Source of the DNA: an uncultured Methanoregulaceae archaeon
Lineage (GTDB): Archaea; Halobacteriota; Methanomicrobia; Methanomicrobiales; Methanospirillaceae
Length of the DNA stretch: 64,000 nt
Direction of reading: 5' to 3'
NCBI GenBank assembly: GCA_963737635.1
Contig: CAVTTL010000001.1
Location: forward strand, 1,760,001 to 1,824,000
Part shown: positions 11,003 to 23,300 of the stretch, piece by piece
How positions within the stretch are numbered: the stretch's first letter is position 1
How the letters are laid out: every line of letters begins with the position of its first letter
Notes under the pieces: generated by a model
Told to the model about the DNA's origin: nothing
Databases searched by the model: none
The model's input: the letters and a program-made list of their open reading frames with translations, nothing else
Translations under genes and position numbers: made by a program

Positions 11003-11769
11003 ATGACACCGCGCCCGTTTACCATTGCCCTTTCCGGAAAAGGAGGGACCGGCAAAACTACCATAAGTTCCCTCCTTGTCCGGGCTTTTATCGATGCAGG
11101 TGAAAGCCCGGTTCTCGCCGTTGATGCTGACCCTAATGCAAACTTCCACGAGGCCCTTGGTGTAGAAGTGAAAGAGACGCTGGGCAGCATGCGTGAAGAG
11201 GCCTTTACCAGAAATATTCCGCCTGGCATGAACCGGCACGATTACGTACGGTACCGTTCCGGCAGGCCCTTGTGGAATCTAATGGCTTTGATCTGGTCGC
11301 GATGGGCCGGCCCGAAGGCACCGGCTGTTACTGTTTTGCAAACGATCTCCTTACAGAATGCATGCAGCAACTCGAGCGTGAATACCGTTTTCTTGTGATC
11401 GATACAGAGGCCGGCATGGAACACATCAGCCGGGGCACAATCGGAAAACCTGATGTGTTATTGATCGTAAGCGATCCCGGTGCGAGGGGACTACGGACGA
11501 TTGCGCGGATACGGGAAATCGCTATCCAGCTCGGGTTTGAGCCGTCACGAATCCATATCGTGTTCAACCGGTATAAATCTGGCGCAGCACCGGTGGATAT
11601 AGGAAACGAACTCCCGATCGCAGTCATCCCGGAAGACCCTGCAGTTGAGGCAGCTGATCTTGCGGCAACTCCGGTATCACAGATCCCGGAGTCCAGCCCG
11701 GCCCGCCGTGAAATCCGTGCCCTCGCAGAAAAAATGATGAAAATGGCGCATGATCGGCTGGAACAATAA
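11003..11769 (+). CDS. cooC: Ni-insertion ATPase CooC/AcsF; apparent frameshift at ~11257
   Basis: SGKGGTGKT, DADPNAN, MGRPEGTGCYC and DTEAGMEH. Confidence 0.9.
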
Positions 11770-11792
11770 AAAATGTATAAGATTCCGTTGGG

Positions 11793-12335
11793 TCAGAGGA
11801 AAACCGCAACGGCGATGACTGTTGTCCATAACCCGTTCTTGTCGCCCTGTGCTGACTGGCAGACATGTTTTGTCCGGATGATCTTGCCGCTTGCCTTATA
11901 GGTTTGTTCACGTTCCTGCCAGGCAGCATTTGCGTCAAATTCAATACCTAGTGTTGTTGCAAGCATTGTTGCTGCAAGATCCTCGGCATATTCCCCGGTC
12001 CTTTCCTGGGTCTCCCCGTATGCATGATGCTCGGAGAGATACCCATATTCTTCTACGTCTTTTGGAAGCGCGAGCCCGACTGCAGCAGAGACCAGCCGGT
12101 TGGGTTCGTTAGTCTCGTTCCTTGCCATCACGCAGAACGTGATGCCACCTGACTGGAGTTCCCTGAGGCCGGTACGGGACGGGATCTGTTTGCATTTCGG
12201 AGGGAAAATGCTTGACACGTACACAAGGTTGCATTTTTCGATACCGGCTTTACGTAACGCCAGTTCGAACGATGCAAGACGATCTTTATGGATTCCCACC
12301 CCCTTGGTGAAAAAGATCCTCGATGGAACAAACAT
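11793..12335 (-). CDS. pdaD: Pyruvoyl-dependent arginine decarboxylase
   Basis: [25 protein letters not shown] (Ser-Ser autocleavage site) and GYLSEHH. Confidence 0.92.
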   Translation of the reverse strand: MFVPSRIFFTKGVGIHKDRLASFELALRKAGIEKCNLVYVSSIFPPKCKQIPSRTGLRELQSGGITFCVMARNETNEPNRLVSAAVGLALPKDVEEYGYLSEHHAYGETQERTGEYAEDLAATMLATTLGIEFDANAAWQEREQTYKASGKIIRTKHVCQSAQGDKNGLWTTVIAVAVFL

Positions 12336-12422
12336 AATTTTTATAGAACCTGCGACTTTTTTAATTTTTGGTCATTTTGGATAAAATTCGCCGATTTTCA
12401 ACGGGTCGAGCCTATTTCCCGG

Positions 12423-13121
12423 TCAGGAGCTGGAAACCGCTATGTTCTCTATGATATCAAGGAGTTCATCCATCCGGTCAATAACAAAATCGGCTCTTGT
12501 ATTGTCCCGGGTTTTCGAGAACCGATCCCCGTACCGTGCATACACGGTGCGGATACCAAGTTTCCCGCAGGGTTCAATGTCCCTCCGGGGGCTGTCGCCG
12601 ATAAAGAGTACCTCATCCGGCTGGGCGCAAACTGCTTTGAGAGCCGCAAGGAAAGGAGCCGGAGCCGGTTTTTTTACCCCGATCCTGTCAAAGGTCACCA
12701 GATTGTCAAAAAAGGAGGAAAGACCACATTTACCAAGACGAAGGGTGGCATCTGCCTGTTCCGCATCAGTTACGACTGCCGTGGCATATCCTTTTTCCCG
12801 GATTGTAGTAAGCGTTTTTCGGACACCGGGGTACGGTGTGATATGACGGAGTTTTTCGCTGGCGTAGATCTGACAGGCATGCTCATACATGCCATTTGTC
12901 GGAATCCTGCGCTCCTCCATATACTGCCTGATATTTTCTGTCGACTCAAAACCATGGGAACCGGTAAGAAAATACAAGAACAGCTCATCGCCGTCATCAT
13001 GACCGAGATGACGCACCACACTGTCGCAAGCGGCAGCCTGTGCACCAACAAGATCGAAAAGAGTGTTGTCCATGTCGAATAAAATTGCAGTGAGTGGCTT
13101 TGGATGAATCGTTCCGGTCAT
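12423..13121 (-). CDS. HAD-superfamily hydrolase
   Basis: FDMDNTL motif I, KPAP and IGDSPRRD. Start placed at the internal ATG (uncertain). Confidence 0.88.
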   Translation of the reverse strand: MTGTIHPKPLTAILFDMDNTLFDLVGAQAAACDSVVRHLGHDDGDELFLYFLTGSHGFESTENIRQYMEERRIPTNGMYEHACQIYASEKLRHITPYPGVRKTLTTIREKGYATAVVTDAEQADATLRLGKCGLSSFFDNLVTFDRIGVKKPAPAPFLAALKAVCAQPDEVLFIGDSPRRDIEPCGKLGIRTVYARYGDRFSKTRDNTRADFVIDRMDELLDIIENIAVSSS

Positions 13122-13285
13122 CTTTGCTAAAGTATTCCACCCCATGAACAATGAGGTTAACTCTTGGGGTAATCCAAAAAGACAAAGTCTTTTAAAGTAT
13201 CATAATGGGCCTTGATATCACCCTATAAAAATCCGGATTCACAAAAAGGGGGACAGAAGGATCGATATTCATCCTTTTCCCGGTT

Positions 13286-14122
13286 TCACTGCGAATCCTT
13301 CTGCTGAACCTTAGGAGGTTTTTGTTCTGTGGTTAACGTTTTTGCCAGTGCAACCGTACCGGTTGTTGCCCCGAGGTTCATTGATTCAAGGGCAGTAGAA
13401 GGTACGAGGACAATTGTCGCATTCCCTGTCTTGAGCCCTTCATAAAGCATGTTCATCGCTCTCAGGTGGAGCGCTGTTGGGTTGTTCTCGTAGCTTTTTG
13501 CTGCCTGCTCAAATTTCTCGGCAATCTGACGCTCCGAGTCTCCGAGAATGACCCGGGCCTGCCGCTCACGCTCGGCCTGAGCCTGCATGGACATGGCATC
13601 CTGGAGGGGACCAGGTATGACCACATCTCTAATCTCGACGGATAATATCTTGATTCCCCAACCACTTACCCGGCTCCCTATCAGATTCTGGAGTTCGGTA
13701 TCGATTGCTTCCCGCCCGGTGAGCATATCCGAAAGATAAGTTTTACCAATAACGTCCCGGAGGGCCGTTTGCGAAGCAAGCGATATAGAATCCCGGTAAT
13801 CCTTGACTTCAAGTGCGGCCTTCTCGACATCAATGACTCGCCAGAATAATACGGCATCCACGTTGACCGGCACCGTGTCCTTTGTCAGGGTCTGTTCGGC
13901 ATTGAACGATGTGGTAACTACACGGAGATCGATCCAATACGCAACGCGACTGAGCAAAGGAACGATAAGAAAAATTCCCGGGCCTTTGATACCAACAAAT
14001 CTCCCAAGGAACAGGACAACTGCCCTCTCCCACTGGTTGGCAATCTTGATCGCCATTGCAAGTAATATGATCACGATAATCAGGACTATGGCACCAATAA
14101 ATGTCAACGAAGTGTCACTCAT
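13286..14122 (-). CDS. SPFH/band 7 (stomatin-like, slipin) membrane protein
   Basis: N-terminal TM helix, WERAVV, LTKDTVPVNVDAV and QAQAERERQA. Confidence 0.92.
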   Translation of the reverse strand: MSDTSLTFIGAIVLIIVIILLAMAIKIANQWERAVVLFLGRFVGIKGPGIFLIVPLLSRVAYWIDLRVVTTSFNAEQTLTKDTVPVNVDAVLFWRVIDVEKAALEVKDYRDSISLASQTALRDVIGKTYLSDMLTGREAIDTELQNLIGSRVSGWGIKILSVEIRDVVIPGPLQDAMSMQAQAERERQARVILGDSERQIAEKFEQAAKSYENNPTALHLRAMNMLYEGLKTGNATIVLVPSTALESMNLGATTGTVALAKTLTTEQKPPKVQQKDSQ

Positions 14123-14301
14123 ATTCTTTCCCTTCCAGAACTGGTCGGAGTGATCATATCACCCGGCAGCTAAAAGAGGATACATCCCGGAGGATATATG
14201 CGTGATGATACTACTGCGATACTAGGACCCCCCGGAAATGCCAGCCGGGCTGAAAACAGTGGTACACCTGTACGGCTGTGTGTGAAACCGTCGCCGTACC
14301 T

Positions 14302-17300
14302 TTACTGTGCCTTTTCGTAACAGATCGTCGCTTCCTCGTGCTTGCCGAGTTTATCCAGCGTTGCGCCGATGTCGTTCCAGACTTCCCTTCGGGAGGGATC
14401 TATCTCGATTGCACGTTTGAAGGAACTAAGAGCTTCCTGGTATTTCTCCAGTTCCTGCAGGGCCCGACCTTGATGAATCCACGCGTCGACAAAATCCGGC
14501 TGGATGGAGATCATTGCGCGGAAGGATTCCGCTGCTTCCTCGTATTGCCCGAGTGCCTCGAAGGCACTTCCCCGGGTAAAGTATGCGATCGAGAATGAGG
14601 GATCAATAGCGAGAGCCCGATCATAAGATTCGATTGCGGTTTTGTGATCCTGCATGCCCGGCAAAGGTCATACCCCGGCGGGTCCAACCGACAGCGTTCT
14701 CCGGGTCCCGCCTGAGTCCTTCGTCATACGCATCGCGTGCCTCGGAGTATTTCCCGAGATCATAGAGGACGTTTCCCTTGCCAAACCAGGCGGCCGCAAG
14801 GCCCGGGTCCTTTTCAAGAGCTTTCTCGAATGCCTCGAGCGCATCACGGTACATACCAAGCTCGGCGAGGGAAGTCCCCTTGTGGGAAAACGCATCGGCG
14901 CCATAGGTATCCAGCTCCAGCGCGCGATCATAGGACTTAATCGCCTCGCGATATTGTTCGATTGCGGCGTAGGCAAGACCACGATCCCGGTAGAGTTCAG
15001 CAGAATCCGGTTTTATAGCAATGGCGCGGTCGTACTCGGTGATGGCCGCATCGAAACTGCCTTCGTCATACAGCGTCCTCGCCTTCCAGTAATGTGCCTG
15101 ATAGCACGATGGGTTTACCTCAAGAGCACGATCGAACGCGCGGATCGCCCCGTCAGGGTTCTGAAGCGCGATATAGGTCCGCCCTTTCTGGAAGATTGCA
15201 TCTGCATATCCGGGGCTCGCCGACAATGTCTGGTCATAGACTGCAAGGGCTTCCCGGTACTTCCCCAAGGAGAAAAGCGCTCTTCCTTTCTCGTAAAGAG
15301 CTTCGGGATAATCGCTTTTTATCCTGAGGGCGGCATCAAACGATGCCACCGCCTCTTCATATTGTCCACGGTGTGCAAGTGCAATCCCTTTGTAATGGTG
15401 CGCTTCCGTGAACTGCCGGTTAATGGCGAGCGCGCGGTTGAACGCGTCGACAGCTTCATCGTCCTGACTTCGTTTCAGGTGGGCACGGCCTTTGTAATAG
15501 AACGCTTCTGCTGCTTCCGGCTGGAGAGTAAGCACCTTTTCAAATGCGGCAAGCGCTTCCCCTGTCCGTTCCAAATGGATAAGTGCACGTCCCTGATTGA
15601 GGAACGCGGGTGCATAGGCTGGATTAAGGGCAAGGGCCCGGTTGTAACAATCCAGAGCCTCTTCGTACCGGTCCAGATTGGCCTCAGCAATCCCGCGGTA
15701 GAGCCAGGCTTCAGGATAATCTGCCTGTTCAGTGAGTGCACGATCGAATGCAGTGATCGCCTCGTGGTACATCGCAACTCCGCACAACGCCCGTCCTTTT
15801 GCATAGAATGCCCGGGCACACGTCGGCTGCTGGATAAGCGCTGTATCAAAGTTCTTGATCGCTTCCTGGTAACGGCCCAGTGCAGAAAGCGAGAGCCCAT
15901 ACTGATAATATGCACGTCCATCCTTCTTATCGAGGGCGATAGCCTTAGTGTAACACGAAATGGCGTCTTTGTGGCGCTCAAGTGCTGCAAGGGCCATGCC
16001 TTTACCGGTCCAAATATACGCGTAGTTCGGATGGAGCCGGAGAGCCTGGTCAAAAGCGGTAGATGCATCTTCGGGTCGCTGAAGTCGCAAGAGGGCCACA
16101 CCCTTATGGTACAGCGCTTCATCATGTTTGGGACACGAAGCGAGGGTTTGGTCATATGCAGTGACCGCCTCACTGTACATCGCCAGTTCAAAGAGCGTTC
16201 TTCCCTTGTAGTAGTACGCCTCGGAAAACTCAGGGTTTATTTCGAATGCCCGATCAAAAGCTGAGACCGCTTCATCAAAGGTGTTGAGCGCAAGAAGAGC
16301 CCGGCCCATAAGGTACCATGCATCTGCGTTTTTCGCATCGATCCTCAGTATCTTTTTATATGATTCGATAGCGACATCGTACCTGCCGAGGTCGAAGAGC
16401 ACCATCCCCCGATGGAGCCACCCCGGGATCGACCCGGGATCGGTATCGATGACACGATCGAACGCCTCAATCGCAGCATCGAGTTTGCCGGTGGCTGCAA
16501 GAGAGATTCCCTTGCGGTAGAATGCTTCAGTGTTACCGGCATCGAGATCAAGATCCTTGTCAAAGGAGACGACCGCCTCGTCATGCCTTCCTAGTTCTGC
16601 AAGGGCAATACCTTTATAGAAATAAACTCCGGCGTAATTTTTATCGATGAGAAGGGTCTTGTCAAAGGTTTTGACCGCCTCGCGGAACATCCCGAGTGCA
16701 GTGAGCGCCTTGCCTTTCTCGAAGAGCGCGTCGGAAAAGACTGGATCGATCTCCAGAGCTGCATCAAATGCTTTCACGGCATCTTCAGCACGTCCGCTTT
16801 GTATGAGTGCTACGCCCTGATAATAATGGGCATGTGCGTCCGATGGTCGCAGGGCAAGGGCAGCGGAATAACAGACAATTGCTTCACTGTACTGTCCAAG
16901 CTTGTCAAGCGAGCGGGCTTTCTGGAACTGTGCATCGAAATGTTCCGGTACAAGGTTGAGTACCTGATCGAATGCTACAATTGCGTCTTCGAAGTGCTTG
17001 AGCCGGGCAAGAACGCAGCCCTGTTCGTACCATGCATCAGCATTTTCCGGAGTGTACACTAAAAGACGCTCAAATGATTCCGCTGCCTCAGCGTACCGTT
17101 CCAAGGCAGCAAGAGATGCGGCACGGAAGTACAGGGCGCCGGCATTTTTCGGATCACCTGCGAGGGCAACATCTAGCGCCGCACACGCATCCTCATATTT
17201 CGCCGCGTAGAAGAGTGCTCTTCCGCGCTCGAAGCTTGCTACCGGGTCAGATGGTGCAAGTTCAAGCACCCTATCGAAGGAATTGATGGCTTCCTCGTTT

Positions 17301-20300
17301 TTATTAAGTGCAGCCAACGCCCGTCCACGTTCAAGATACGAATCGGGCTCATCAGGCCGGAGTGCAATCACGCGATCGAATGCGGCGACAGCATCATCAT
17401 AATGGCCAAAATGTATCAGTGCATCACCTTTTTTGAACCAGATCTCAGGATTATCCGGATTGAGGGCCAAAGCCGCATCGAAGGCCATATCCGCATCATC
17501 GTACCGTTCAAGCGCAAGAAGAGATAACCCGCGAAGGTAGGCTGGTTCGTAATTATCGGTAATCTGGGTAAATGCTAACCGGAAGATTTCCTGTGCTTCG
17601 TCATGGCGCCCGAGCGATGCCAGAGCCTTTGCCTTCTCGAACAGAACCTCGCCGTTGCCTGGTTCCCTGCCAAGCGCGATATCGAAAAGGTGAATGGCCT
17701 CCTCATACTGCCCGAGACGGGCCCATGCCTTTCCATCGACAAACAGCAGGTTGATGTCATGTGGATCGATCTGGCGGGCCTTCTCAAACGCTTGGACGGC
17801 ATCATCATCCTTGCCTTGGCTTTCGGAAGCAAGGCCACGATGATACCAAGCCCCAAAGTGATCTGGTTTGGATGAAAGCATGTGATCGTATGCTACAATT
17901 GCATCGGCAAACCGGCCGAGACGTTCCTCCGCAAAGCCGAGATAATAGGCAGCATCCCCGAACGTAGCGTCCAGCTCCAATACCCGGCCGAACGAACGAA
18001 CCGCCATCTCGTCACTGCCTAATTCGAGGAGTGCGCGGCCATTTTCGTAATGTGCCTCTGGTTTCTTATCGTCCCTGGTTATTGCCTCAGAGAATGTATT
18101 GACCGCATCCTCGTACCGGCCAAGACGTGCAAGCGCCACACCTTTTTCGTAGAATACAGGATACTGATCGGCGTTAATTCCCACAGCATGATCAAAAGCG
18201 TCTACAGCATTGTCATACTGCCGGAGCCGGGAATGCGCACACCCTTTGGCAAACCACGCATCATAGTTCGCCGGATCAAGCCTGATGGCGGCATCGAACG
18301 TAGTAATTGCATCCCCATATTTTTTCAGATTTGCAAGAGCAAGCCCCTTATTGAGAAACGCAAAAACGCTGGATGCATTAATAGCAATCGCTGCATCGAA
18401 CGCCGCAATAGCCTCCTTGTTTTTGGAAAGCCGAGCCAATGCCAGGCCTTTTTCGAAATATGCCATAGAAAAATTCGGGTCAATGGAAGAGGCCATTTCG
18501 AATGCCTCGATTGCCTGCCGGTCCCGGCCAAGACGGGCAAGTGCGCTTCCTTTGTCGTAATACGCGCTCGCATATTTCGGGTTGATGGAAAGCGCCCGGT
18601 CATAGGAAGGGATCGCCTCTTCAAATCTCCCCAAGCCTGCAAGTGCAACGGCCCGATCATACCAGCCGTTCGCGTTGTCAGGCCGGAGTTCGAGAGCTTT
18701 TGTAAGAGATTCGATGGCCGAACGCAAATCCCCGTCTGAGAGCAGGGCACTCCCTTTCCTGAACCAGGCTGCCGAGCAGCCGGGATCTGCGGTAATGACC
18801 CGGTCGAAACACCGGATCGCCTCCGGATACTTTCGTAATCCCGCAAAAGCCTTTCCTTTCCGGTACCAGGCCATACTGTTATCCGGCGTCAGCGAAAGCG
18901 CGCGATCAAATGATTCAAGCGCCTCCTCTAGTCGTTCCTGCTCCAAGAAGATGGTTCCCTTGAGGAGCCAGACGTCAGGTATATTGTTCTCAAGGGAAAG
19001 TGACTCCTCAAGCACAGTAAGAGCTTCATCGGGCCGGGCAAGTTTTGTTAGCATCCTTCCCTTATGGTACAGAACTTCCGCATTCCGCGATTCAAGTTCA
19101 AGCAATTTGTTAAATGCAGCCAATGCCTGCGTATACCGGCTTAGCCCTGCATAAGCAAGACCCGAATGGAACAGGGCATCCTTTAATGAAGGATCGTGCT
19201 CGAGCGCATGTTTGAAGGATCGGATCGCATTTTCATATTTTCCAATGGCAAAAAGGGCCAGTCCCTTCTGATAATGTGCATAGGCATACTCAGGGACGTA
19301 CTGGATAGCCTGATCATAAGCCTCTATCGCGCCGGCGTAATTCTTCAGTCTGGCCAGCGTCAGACCTTTTTTATACGCGGCATCAGGATAAGAAGGATCA
19401 AATCCGAGAACAAGGTCGTACGTTCGGAGAGCTTCTTCGTCATTTCCTATAAGGGCAAGTGCCTCCGCTTTATAGAACACAGCATCTACCGATTTCGGGT
19501 CAAGCAAAAGGGCCTGGTCAAAAGCCGAAACGGCTCCTGTTCCGTCTTTTTCGAAGAGCAAAACCTCACCTTTTGCAAGCCAGATGAACGAGTTTTCAGG
19601 ATCGAGGCCCAGCGCCCGGTTAAGCGCTTCTAGCGCTTTTTTATAATCCTTGGTCTCAGTTAGGGATCGCCCCCGGTAATATTGGATAACTGAGGTTTCC
19701 GGACCAAGGGTAAGGGCTAGATCGAAGATCCCTACCGCATCCTGGTACCGCTCCAACATGAAGAGAGTAAGCGCCTTTCTGAACGCGTAATCCTGCATTG
19801 CAGGAGCGATCTCCAATGCACGCTCAAATGCCGGGAGCGACGTTCCAAACTCTTCCTGTTCGAAAAGGACCAATCCCTTCTGGTACCATGCTGACGCACA
19901 ATCGCTGTCAAGAGCGATAGCCTGTTCAAACGAATCTTGTGCTTCATTATGTAGCGTAAGGTGGGAATAGGCGATTCCCTTGTAATACCAGGCAGCAGCA
20001 GTTTTCTCTTCAACGGCGAGAAGTTTATCAAATATCGCAATGCCCTCTTCCCACCGTTCGTTATGAAGGAGGGATTTGCCCCGGTACAGCAGGGTAAAGG
20101 GGTCCTTAGGCTGGCGCTTCTGTGCCTTTGCAAATGATTCAGCCGATTCCTTGAAACGGCTGAGCCGGTAAAGGGCATATCCTTTACAGGCATGCGTCCG
20201 GGCATCCCCCCCATCATATTCAAGGGCGCGGTCAAGCGCGATTACGGCATCCTCATAACGGGAAAGATGGACGAGATCCGTGCCCATGATAAAATGGGCA

Positions 20301-23300
20301 ATTACATTCTCAGGATCGAGAGCTATGACGCGATCAAAGAGTTCCACGGCTTCTGTATAGCGCCGGAGTTCCGAAAGCGATTGTCCTTTTTTGACCATGG
20401 CACCGATGTGGTTGTTGTCCAGTTCGATAGTGCGGTTAAAGGAAGTGATCGCCTCTTCAAACTTTTTGAGGGCGAAGTACGCGCATCCTTTCTCGTACAG
20501 GATGCCGGCGTCTTCTTGTCCCAAACGGAGGTACCGGTCAAAAATTTCGATTGCCTCCTCAAACTTTTCCAAGCGGGTGAGAACCATCCCTGCTTGTTCC
20601 AGCGCATCGGCATTCTCGGGGCTGAGCTTAAGGGTCTTTGCAAATGCTACAATCGCTTTTTCATCGCGATGAAGTCCGACGTATGTAAGGCCGAGGTGAT
20701 AGTAATTATCAGTATTTTCTGGGTCTGCAGTGCACGCGTCTTCATAGGCAGCTGCTGCTTCCCGGAACCGCTTGAGTGCTTCAAGAGCGTGGCCTTTCGC
20801 GGAGAGCAAGGCGGCATCCGAGGGTGTGATCACAAGGGCATTATCGAATGCAGAAACTGCCTCCTCGTTTTTACCTGCTGCGGCAAGAGCGAGCCCTTTG
20901 TGGAAGTAAGCAGGCGGATAATTTGTTACCAGACCCAGAACATGGTCAAATGCTCCAACTGCTTCGTCATTGCGATGGAGCTCGATCAAGTCAAGACCCA
21001 TATCGAACCATGCATGAGCATTTGTACTGTCAAGTTCAAGCGAACGGGAAAGGACCGGCACTGCGTCAGCATACCGCCGCAAAGCAGAGAGAGCTACACC
21101 TTTGTAGTACCAAGCCTCGGCAAAATCCGGCTGGATACCGATTGCCATATCTGAAGATTGGACAGATTCCTCATCCTGCCCGAGACTGTGCAATGATATA
21201 GCCTTATTGAGCGCTGATTCAGCACTCTCCGGATCATATTCAAGTGCGCGGTCGTACGCATCGATCGAGTCGTGGTACAGGCCTTGGGCGGCAAGCGCTA
21301 CACCCTTGAGATGGTACGCCGGCGCATATCTGGGGAGAAGAAGGAGTGTCTGGTCAAAGGTCTGGACAGACTTCATGGTAGCGTTCCAGTTTTAAGAGTG
21401 AGGCTCCACGGTGGAAGAGGGCATGGTCAAGGTGTGGATCACTTTCAAGTGCCTGGTCAAATGAAAGAATCGCTTCCTCATACCTCCCCACTCGTAGAGA
21501 GCAAGGCCCTTGTGGTAGTGGGCATCTGGGTAGCTGGACTCCACTTCCAGTGCTTTATCATAGGCATCGATGGCATCGGTGTAATTGCCGGTGTCAAAAA
21601 GTGCACGGCCCTTTTGGTACCAGGCATGGAAGTTATGGGGGTTCTCTGCGATAGTCCGGTCAAAGTCCTTGATAGCTTCATCGAATCTGCCCAAGTTATA
21701 GAGCGAGATGCCCTTACGCATCCGGGCCTCAGAATACCGCGGTTTGAGTGCGAGCGTTTTTTCAAAAGCGGTGACTGCCTCTTGGTGCCGTCCAAGACCA
21801 TCAAACGCCCGACCTTTCTGGAAAGAGACCAGAGCATTCTCCGGGTCATAGATCAATGCCCGGTCGAATGCATCGAGCGCCTCTTGGTATTTACCAAGCT
21901 TGGAGAGCGCAACACCTTTGAAATAGTATCCTGGGGAATTGCTTGTATCCTTTTCCAGATTCTTTCCAAATTCATCGATGGCTTCTTGGAATCGCCCGAG
22001 CTTGGAGAGCGCAACACCCTTCGAATAAAAAACCTCGGTATACGCTGGTTCTTTCTCAAGTGCCCGGTCGAACGCGGTAATCGCATCCTGGTACTTTCCC
22101 AAGTCAAGAAGCATCTTCCCCTTATTGTACCATCCCGGGGCAAACGATTCTTTGATGTTGAGTGAGGCTTCAAAGGCAGCAAGTGCTTCTTTTGGCCGAC
22201 CGGAGTTCGCAAGTGCAAGACCCATATGGTAATAGGCATCGCTGTTGTTTGCATCTATCTCGATAAGAACCTCGAAGACCTGAAGGGCTTCTTCCATCTG
22301 GTTGATCTTCTCGAGGGCAAGACCTTTGTACAGGAATGCAACCGTGCTCCGCTGGTTTAAGGAAATTGCGTTATTAAATGCATCGATGGCATCTTGGTAT
22401 CGTCCCAAATCGAAGAGGGCCCGGCCATCCTTGATCCAGCCTTCTTCCTGATCGGGGTCCAGCCGGAGAGCCTCCGCATATGCTTCTACGGCATCCTCAG
22501 TCCGGCCCAGCACATTAAGGGCTTCGCCTTTTCGCATCCAGATCTCGCCAAGCCCTGCATCGATATCGAGAGCCTTGTTGAATGCCGTAACAGCATCCGG
22601 GATCCTTCCAAGATCTGAAAGCAGGATACCTTTTTTTGCCCACGCATCAGCATTGTCCGGGTCGATTTCAAGGACCCGGGTATATGCCGCCAGAGCATCC
22701 TGTTTTTTTACCAGATGGTCGAGAGCGGTGCCCTTCTGTATCCAGACATCCACAAGGTTCGGGTTTAACGAGAGGATACGATCGAAGGTTTCCACTGCTT
22801 CAACGTATCGCTGGAGTACCATGAGGGATTCGCCGCGGCAGAGGAGTGCCTCCATCTGCGATGGATTTGCTGCGAGACTGCGGTTCAGTGCCGCGACTGC
22901 CTCATCGTGGCGCCCGAGCCGGGCAAGGGCAATTCCCTGATACACGAAAGCATCTGTTAACGAAGGATTCATCGAGATCGATGTATTAAGTGTGGCCAGA
23001 GCCTCCTCGTACCGGTGGGACTGCAGGTAGGCAATACCTTGGTAATAGTATGCGGAAGCGTTTGCGGTGTCAAGGGCAAGGGCATCCGAAAATGCCCGGA
23101 TGGCGTCGTCATACCGGTCGCACTCAATAAGTGAGATTCCCATATAATGATGGGCAAGAGCATTTGAGGGGTTGTATTCAAGAGATCGCTCGAAAGCCAC
23201 AATCGCTTCATCAAACCGTTTCCTTCCCGCGTAGGCAATACCAAGATAATAGAGAGCCTGCGGATTATCTGGTTCGAGAGTGAGCAATCGCTCAAATGTT

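Noticed and set aside
3707-11769. Programmed frameshifting or pseudogenisation of the ACS operon
   Set aside because: No slippery heptamers were seen, catalytic motifs are intact on both sides of each break, and the same error type occurs across the window.
13163-13180. Third copy of the DtxR-like operator (CTTGGGGTAATCCAAAAA) upstream of the HAD gene
   Set aside because: Two to three core mismatches, no matching flanks and no metal-related context; could be chance.
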